Assembly (NCBI RefSeq): GCF_000018105.1
Contig: NC_009925.1
Coordinates: 210,001 to 242,000, forward strand
Direction: 5' to 3'
DNA: 32,000 nt
Source of the DNA: Acaryochloris marina MBIC11017
GTDB lineage: Bacteria > Cyanobacteriota > Cyanobacteriia > Thermosynechococcales > Thermosynechococcaceae
This document shows positions 27,101-32,000 of the stretch, in pieces. A program made the translations under genes and the position numbers. Every line of letters begins with the position of its first letter. The first letter of the stretch is position 1. The notes under the pieces are model-generated. The model ran no database searches. It saw only the letters and a list, made by a program, of their open reading frames with translations, and had not been told where the DNA came from.

Positions 27101-29729
27101 CGTTCTCAAGTGCCAAAATTTTCAAGGGTGCAGCATAAAACTTTTTGCACTCCAACAGCTCAAGCAATTGCTCTACTAACGTTGTCTTACCTGTTCCGGT
27201 GGGACCACTGAGGGCAAAAAGATTAGATTTAGACTCGTCCTGATGAATCTCAATGATCTTGTCAGCCAGCTTCACCCCGTCAATCAGACCCGCTGCCATA
27301 TATCGGGCATTGAACACCCCGGACCCTGCTCGATCCTGCAACTTTGGCAATGTATGCTGATAAATCCGCTGATTAATCAACTTACTCAGATGACCTGTCA
27401 GCTCATTCAGGCTGGTGTATAGGTGCTTTTGGCTGTCTATCCTCACCAACACCTTGCAACCATTCCCTTCCAATGCAAACCAAGTCCGCATCAGATTGAA
27501 CTTAAGCCGGGTCAACCCTTGGGCGTCGTTACCAAGTCCCTCAACATCCGCATGGAGCGCGATAGTTCGATCCTTTAGGACCTCTGTGTACTCAGGTCTT
27601 AGCTGCGAGTCGATGCATTTGGTTGAGATGCCCTTGAGGGTCAAAGATGTCAAGCGATCGAGTTGAATCGCCTGGAGTTTAACGTTATCAAGCTCAATCT
27701 CTGTATCTAGCTGACTGGCATCACTGGTTAACAGAGGTACAACCCCCTCACCTAATGAAGCCAAACCCTCGCTTATATTGGTTGCTTCCAATGCGTTAGC
27801 AGCATTCTTTGATTTAGCTACAAGGGTTCTAACTCGTTCTGAAGGCTTCCACGTCCCATCTACTTGGCCGTGAATATTCCTGATGATCGACGATAGACCG
27901 ATTGAATAACAGGTACTGCCCAGCTCCTTAGCGACATAAGCCTCATCCAGACCAAAATTATCAACACCAAAATTTTCTGCTAATTCGTATCGCTCCTCCG
28001 CAGTTCCGCCGTCACTGTGATAAATGCCAAGCAGAATTGACCAGCGCTGGTGGCGATCACTAAGTTCAGTACCCTTTTGGTGATAGGTTAGCCCTTGATT
28101 GATTGGGTCGCTGACAACCTCCAAAATTTCTTCTGTAGTAAGACCGTGACCTGTAATCCCGGCTGCAATCCTCGCTTCTTGAGCCAGTCTTAAATTTTTA
28201 TGCTCCTCCACGTTTTGAGTGGCAACAGCTTCCACAGGCGTCTTAGGAGCTTTGGCCTTCACTTTCTTGGCTTTGATACCTTTAGCCCGCTTCCCACCCA
28301 GTAAGGCGTCGTTCTCCTCGTCTGACTGTAGGAAAACATCAGTGACCTTACGGCCCGTTACGTCGATAGTGTTGTTACCTTTGGGGGCTTTAACAATCTG
28401 AAGTCCTAAGCTCTGGTAATACTTCCAATCTTTACCGCTTCGGTAGTCTTTCCCGTATTCCTGTCTAAAAAAGGATAAAAGCCCGTCATTCAGCTCACTG
28501 AACGATAGGTCCCTCGACCCCAATTGCATGATCGATTGATTAGTGATCACATTCTCATTGCCGACCCGCACCGCACGGAAAGCACCAGCCATGCGCAATG
28601 CCCTACCTGCAGAAGCAACCGCATAGTCACCCCCTGTCACAGAAATAGCGGTCTTCAAGACCTCGTAGTACTGATCCCTGCTTTCAGGATGATCGATTGT
28701 TGGGATATAAAAATGAATGGATTTTTTGCCAGACCACAACATCAGAAATTTGGTCCCAAGAAATTGTTGCAGCGTCACCAACCTGGCAAGCTGTTCATTC
28801 AAGCAACCGTCATCAATCTCTAGCCCTATGAAATCAGGCATTGTCCCAGGTAAACTGGTCGCTTTACGATCTTTGATCTGACCGTGGGGGAACCAAGTAA
28901 CGGCTTTTCCTTCAGCCCTGGCTAAAAACTTCAGCAGTTTCACTGGGTACACGGCCCTCGACCCATCCTTGAGCCATCTTCGAGTCCCATCATCATTAAT
29001 TCTTACTAGCTCCTCAACACCAGAGCTTCCTAGGAATCCTCTATATCCTGACCACTTGTCAACAGCGGCCAAAAAGCGCCCATGCTCACCAACCAGCTCA
29101 TTAAAAAACAAGTTTGCTGCCTTGGCTCCCAGGAAGTCTGGATTGCTAGTGCAAACCAGATCCGAGGTCACTTGATCGTAGGGTTTACCCCAAGCAATCA
29201 ATCCCAGCTCGTCTAACACCTCTGGACGGTTAGGCTGAGGATTCCTGACATCCACGGTATTCTTGCGGCGCAATGCCAAGTTCTCAGCAGAACTCAGTCC
29301 CTCAACAAGCTCAGGAACAATCAAATAAGGATTAACCTTGGCCTCTTTTTTTGCTCCACTCGCTGAAACGTTTGTACTACCTTTGAGGCCGTTAAATTCT
29401 AAGGATGCCGTTTTCTCGGCTGGAGAATCTAAGAAAGCTAGCCGTTCAGCATGAGTCATCCCCTCAGGCGCATACTTTGAAGGGTTGGCGCAGATATCCT
29501 TGGCTCGAAATGTTACAGAATCGTTACAATTTTCTACTTTTTTCTCGGTCTCTTTTGAAATATTTTTTGAATCGCTAGAAGCGTTGCCCTCTGTGGCTTT
29601 GGGGCTGACACCACTGGCGAGTGGTTCACTTGTACTTGCGTTTGTAGTGGTTGATTGATTACAATCGCATGTAACAAATTGTGCGATTTTTAAAGGTGCC
29701 GACATGGGAATTCTCTTGATTGCTTGCAA
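24120..29729 (-). CDS. Giant (1,861-1,869 aa) multidomain protein: AEP-type primase-like domain, P-loop NTPase (helicase-like), and a large uncharacterised C-terminal region
   Basis: AEP-like motifs: LEIDDG (res 303-308), SGKKSIH-FY (res 333-341), D368 followed by RALRMAGAFR. Walker A is GPTGTGKT (from res 842, nt 27183-27206). Walker B is VVVFIDETD (about res 920). The track start is a TTG at 29729; the ATG at 29705 (MSAPLK) is a likely alternative. Confidence 0.85.
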   Translation of the reverse strand: MQAIKRIPMSAPLKIAQFVTCDCNQSTTTNASTSEPLASGVSPKATEGNASSDSKNISKETEKKVENCNDSVTFRAKDICANPSKYAPEGMTHAERLAFLDSPAEKTASLEFNGLKGSTNVSASGAKKEAKVNPYLIVPELVEGLSSAENLALRRKNTVDVRNPQPNRPEVLDELGLIAWGKPYDQVTSDLVCTSNPDFLGAKAANLFFNELVGEHGRFLAAVDKWSGYRGFLGSSGVEELVRINDDGTRRWLKDGSRAVYPVKLLKFLARAEGKAVTWFPHGQIKDRKATSLPGTMPDFIGLEIDDGCLNEQLARLVTLQQFLGTKFLMLWSGKKSIHFYIPTIDHPESRDQYYEVLKTAISVTGGDYAVASAGRALRMAGAFRAVRVGNENVITNQSIMQLGSRDLSFSELNDGLLSFFRQEYGKDYRSGKDWKYYQSLGLQIVKAPKGNNTIDVTGRKVTDVFLQSDEENDALLGGKRAKGIKAKKVKAKAPKTPVEAVATQNVEEHKNLRLAQEARIAAGITGHGLTTEEILEVVSDPINQGLTYHQKGTELSDRHQRWSILLGIYHSDGGTAEERYELAENFGVDNFGLDEAYVAKELGSTCYSIGLSSIIRNIHGQVDGTWKPSERVRTLVAKSKNAANALEATNISEGLASLGEGVVPLLTSDASQLDTEIELDNVKLQAIQLDRLTSLTLKGISTKCIDSQLRPEYTEVLKDRTIALHADVEGLGNDAQGLTRLKFNLMRTWFALEGNGCKVLVRIDSQKHLYTSLNELTGHLSKLINQRIYQHTLPKLQDRAGSGVFNARYMAAGLIDGVKLADKIIEIHQDESKSNLFALSGPTGTGKTTLVEQLLELLECKKFYAAPLKILALENGAALATDRNDEQAAEYEGLGLGDISACLQGFFNFGRFEKFATDKVVVFIDETDRVILDLLGSTHATQRQANLNQLKRILDHAKENDWPVIIAQQNLSEIAVRFFEWWMDVEANVFVNQYKEQFKDGLTLTQESYLGAVSAHLTGDHEAFGFGKDSRLQFTQPKSVRRLDIHCQSANDILKFQEFTRPQRYLKHIFRDAKAKQALKELGAEDWDKYAKAPLFEIKAIDFSPEALKLWRFLEALQQPFWVDEVTDQHVLVKSTSKKDTAGNEVTQHLVYWDFSPVGKYDGWIGGEKNHQKLKVEQWLETQDKGWTKELFVTQQRYGAPWQELLGMGLSWESAKALIRLMHEAFLDSKELVFPLFAATRDCMRSGKKTKELQNVIAEGTKDGQHLMRSPLIGTGLSFYGDALDISATLVLASWGSLEDISQALSRNRSRPETIVYAPRVLNNRVALDITQEWKDNHANQSRKNRAELKLLGKTGNRFNLNDAIACFEAIHGRMEGFTYRALELFAQGRACAFACAGGGTLVLADNWLERFHKDRAFFGEFFNDVFLEWLFGSKFAEDYLDVLDNVVECEDRVYEFFVFCAIEQEQIARHVEVTGSQSAKNLQGWEIKEGTSFVDALSSSKNTGQFLSLVNAQRMAQLKYETYHFAECFLDHYADYTENGITFIERENLKEYNSQGRVVFDGGREPDEIRSRQGDVACILENLRTHQYLQVVEESHFIQSEAEARRIKNSPTSTVAEQRAADLALLRLEYPESQWSDPDFIYYTLVHKNGQLRSCATRLARYLLNSDLFTKDQCQKFKRDAANGDHLHGVLRGTLREQIFINDSGVADFYRTHGRGNNISEAEVRESQFWAYLVEHQQELWDLFQLQTANDSPIAVINRLVKRLSYDPMPCVARTGNGGSQRRYAAIVNKDVHEIRKQLLRGTVLYVKKQIDDACAKDCVDARSLADPLFYNSNDSLDRNSGSYPKWFLEFRRSIEDQIAELDKLIE

Positions 29730-30056
29730 TTAATTGGTTTTTGTGTCTTCGGTGGCACCGTTGGAAGTTGTGTCCGCCAAGATCTCGCTTCCTTCGGTGT
29801 TTTGACTAAGACCCGGCGGCCCTAGTGATTTAAGGAATCCTCGCTTTTTTGAGCGGGGGTTTTTGCTATCTGGGGTCTGTTGCAGTTGGCTGACCATGCC
29901 GTTAGTCTCCTTTTGGTTGGTTGTGGCGATCGGGGTGAAAGCTCGGGCGAAAGACATTTTGATTGGCTCCTTTAAGTGGTTGCTTAGGGTTATGGTTTGC
30001 CCGATTGGAATACTAGGCTTGCTCGAAAAAAGAGAGAACGTATCCCTAAAAATCAA
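29730..30056 (-). CDS. Small low-complexity protein. The likely start is the ATG at 29957 (75 aa).
   Basis: AAGGAG lies 9 nt upstream of the ATG at 29957. Its stop directly abuts the start of the giant ORF. The sequence is Ser/Thr/Pro/Lys-rich and looks disordered. Confidence 0.45.
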   Translation of the reverse strand: MIFRDTFSLFSSKPSIPIGQTITLSNHLKEPIKMSFARAFTPIATTNQKETNGMVSQLQQTPDSKNPRSKKRGFLKSLGPPGLSQNTEGSEILADTTSNGATEDTKTN

Positions 30057-30140
30057 TTAGGGTGATTTCCAAACTTTTCCAAAAAACGGTTTTGACCGGG
30101 GCCAAAATTCCCAGTAATTAGGGGTACGGTTTCTGAAAAA

Positions 30141-30446
30141 TCACCCCTGTTTCAGCAGACTCCAACCACTTGGAAGCCTGTCAAAGAAATTCTTAATAGC
30201 CCTTTGGTGTGTAACCTCGTCCTCCCAGTGGTGAAGCCGATCCAAAACCAAAGGCAAACACCAAAGTTTTTTTCGGCCAAGTCGCACGAAATGAACCCCC
30301 TGGACCCATTTACCTGCTTGAGTCTGCACGTACAGCGTTGGGGCTGGGATGCCAATCAGTTGCTGCAACTCAACCTGAGAGCAATAGATTTGCCCCCCTA
30401 ACAACTCTGGAAGTGTGGTGATTTCTGGTTCTGGAAAATTTGTCAT
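30141..30446 (-). CDS. Excisionase/AlpA-like HTH DNA-binding protein (putative recombination directionality factor or regulator)
   Basis: The segment SQVELQQLIGIPAPTLYVQTQAGKWVQGVHFVRLGRKKLW fits the Xis/MerR-type HTH pattern (l..El..l.G....tly.....G......v..G.r..w). Its position near an integrase is consistent with this role. Confidence 0.5.
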   Translation of the reverse strand: MTNFPEPEITTLPELLGGQIYCSQVELQQLIGIPAPTLYVQTQAGKWVQGVHFVRLGRKKLWCLPLVLDRLHHWEDEVTHQRAIKNFFDRLPSGWSLLKQG

Positions 30447-30622
30447 TTGTTGCGCTTCTGAGTATCCGAAGCCGATCGCAACCGTGATCCTCAGCCGCCA
30501 CGCATAAGGAATCAGGCCCGATAGGTTCGGGTTAGTTCGTCTCGTTCAGCCGCTAACCAATTTCAGAAATTGCAAAACTTCCTACACAGTTTCCACGCCT
30601 GTGGTTTTTGGAGAGTTTGGTT

Positions 30623-30769
30623 GTGCCCCCGGCAAGTGGGGTTAGTTGCGATTCCTCTAAATTTGGTTTTGGCCTCGACCTGCTCAGAAATGGAATTGAA
30701 AACTTGTTGGATGAGGCTCTTTTAGCCTTTTTGACTGACCGACCGCTGAAACCCAGTGCCTGTCAGTGA
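30623..30769 (+). CDS. Possible 48-aa ORF divergent from the element operon
   Basis: GTG start preceded by GGAGAG (30610-30615). The translation ...KFGFGLDLLRNGIENLLDEALLAFLTDRPLKPSACQ looks protein-like. A weak hairpin plus T-run lies at about 30855-30875. Confidence 0.2.
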   Translation: MPPASGVSCDSSKFGFGLDLLRNGIENLLDEALLAFLTDRPLKPSACQ

Positions 30770-30966
30770 TTTAACAATAGCTCGACCCCTATAAAAAGCG
30801 CATCCGGGGCCTAAACTTTATTTTTCTTAACAATTAACGGTCTATACGCAGCAAGGCTTTCAGCCGTTTTTTTCGTAAACTTGCGTAAAGGTAAAAAATC
30901 GTTGGAGAATTTCGCACTTAAGAATAGTTCTTAGATAGGCACGGTGCCCTGAGAACGCCAAAAGCC

Positions 30967-31812
30967 TTAACTAGCAAGCCTCCCAAGCTTTTTCTTTGTT
31001 CTACCGTGTCGAGGATTGCAAGCATTAGCAATCTCGGAGTCTAGTCTTTGTTTAGTCCTGTAGTAGCGTTCTAGTAGGTTATCGAGGGTGTATTGATGTT
31101 GTATTGACTTTGGTAGTTTACCGAGCCAATTCAACAGCCACAGCCGCGAACCGTGTCTAAGGTTAGATAGTCGTTCTTCGTCAGATGCCAAGTGTTTAGT
31201 AGCCAAGGCGAGAAGTTTATCTGACAGCTCCACACTCCCCCCGGTTAGCTGGTGACTGATTAACTTCTTGAGCTTGCCCCTTTCGTTTGCTCGGTAGGAC
31301 GCTAAAGATGTTTGACTTTTGCCTTTTAAGGCTTCACCTACGAATTCGGGACTGCACATCCACAGGTCGAAAGCAGCCTCTAAAGTGAGAATTGTCCGAA
31401 TAAAATCACCTGGGTTGTCAATCTTTCGATCGATAATCCCTTCCAACGTTTTCAAAGGGGAGTCTTTTCTCGTAACAATCAGGGTCCAAGAATACTGTGC
31501 AAGGGCGCATAGGTCCTCTAGTTGCGTTACTTCCAACCTAAAAATTCTTTGTTTTTGGACAGATAGTCCCCGAGGAAGGATTACTTCTCCATATGTATTG
31601 AGGTCGGAGAGCGCATCAAAGATCTCTTTGTACTTCTTTTTTAGATGGTTGAACTTAATCTGTGATTCTTCGTTGATCCTTCTCTCGGCAATGTCATCCG
31701 GGGGCATCCCATCTACAGCATGCTTAGATAAGGCATTAATCCTCTCTTTTCTGGTTGATGTCGATTTCTTGCTTGATCGGGCTAACTGGTTCTTCTTTTT
31801 GCGCCCTGCCAT
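30967..31812 (-). CDS. Hypothetical protein with a basic N-terminal arm, 281 aa
   Basis: ATG-initiated ORF immediately downstream of the integrase on the same strand. The N-terminus is MAGRKKKNQLARSSKKSTSTRKE. Confidence 0.6.
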   Translation of the reverse strand: MAGRKKKNQLARSSKKSTSTRKERINALSKHAVDGMPPDDIAERRINEESQIKFNHLKKKYKEIFDALSDLNTYGEVILPRGLSVQKQRIFRLEVTQLEDLCALAQYSWTLIVTRKDSPLKTLEGIIDRKIDNPGDFIRTILTLEAAFDLWMCSPEFVGEALKGKSQTSLASYRANERGKLKKLISHQLTGGSVELSDKLLALATKHLASDEERLSNLRHGSRLWLLNWLGKLPKSIQHQYTLDNLLERYYRTKQRLDSEIANACNPRHGRTKKKLGRLAS

Positions 31813-31891
31813 TAGAAGTCCTCCAAAGCTGCCACCACCTTAACCTCTAAGTGAAATCCTCTGTTCAGATAAAAATCATCAGCTGATCTGG

Positions 31892-32000
31892 CTAACAATC
31901 TCTTTCCAGCTCATCCAAATAATCGGCCCAAGCCTGCATCATTTCCCGCCGTTCTTCAAGAAACTCGGTCCTATTATATGCACGCCCCAAAGGACCCCGA
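31892..32000 (-). CDS. Tyrosine recombinase (P4/CP4-57-type integrase), last 36 codons only. The gene continues beyond the window.
   Basis: The hand translation of the minus strand is RGPLGRAYNRTEFLEERREMMQAWADYLDELERDC*. This matches the characteristic C-terminus of P4-type integrases (catalytic-Tyr AYnR...l.eRr.mMq.Wadyl). Confidence 0.65.
   Translation of the reverse strand, partial: RGPLGRAYNRTEFLEERREMMQAWADYLDELERDC

Larger units (their letters stand above)
19400..32000 (-). mobile_element. Putative integrated replicon/satellite-like element. The right end lies beyond the window and the left end is approximate.
   Basis: Integrase 3' end at 31892-32000, an Xis/AlpA-like HTH protein, a giant primase-like/P-loop protein and a tightly spaced co-directional ORFan train. 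No att repeat could be defined within the window. Confidence 0.55.

Noticed and set aside
1-32000. CRISPR arrays, rRNA, tRNA genes, and HIP1 (GCGATCGC) enrichment as a taxonomic marker
   Set aside because: No regularly spaced direct repeats and no cloverleaf-compatible sequences were seen. Only one perfect GCGATCGC was noticed (25630-25637), so HIP1 gives no support for the cyanobacterial guess.

Overview
The window looks like a bacterial chromosome segment, possibly cyanobacterial. That guess rests only on gene content: FHA/PAS/hybrid histidine kinases, an NrtP/NarK-like transporter and an IS701-type IS.

It splits into two parts.

(1) 1-18.8 kb is a signalling-rich, gene-sparse accessory region. 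It holds:
- an MFS nitrate/nitrite-type transporter broken by an in-frame TAG
- DoxX
- a stand-alone EAL phosphodiesterase, divergent from a hybrid histidine kinase with two receiver domains
- a TPR protein and a lipoprotein
- an intact IS701-family IS with perfect 23-bp terminal inverted repeats and a TTAT target duplication
- an FHA-PAS-histidine kinase, and a paralogous FHA-transmembrane protein, with two small ORFans between them
- a convergent pair of paralogous small ORFs
- several long AT-rich non-coding stretches

(2) About 19.4 kb to the window end is a co-directional minus-strand gene train that looks like an integrated replicon or satellite-like mobile element. Reading right to left it carries:
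- the 3' end of a P4-type tyrosine integrase, cut by the window edge
- a 281-aa ORFan
- an Xis/AlpA-like HTH protein
- a giant 1,869-aa protein fusing an AEP-type primase-like domain to a P-loop NTPase and about 900 aa of unknown sequence
- six ORFans, several with very basic termini
- one opposite-strand ORF at the far end

This element is the best candidate for a previously undescribed system. No rRNA, tRNA or CRISPR array was recognised. All functional calls come from motif reading by eye; no searches were run.
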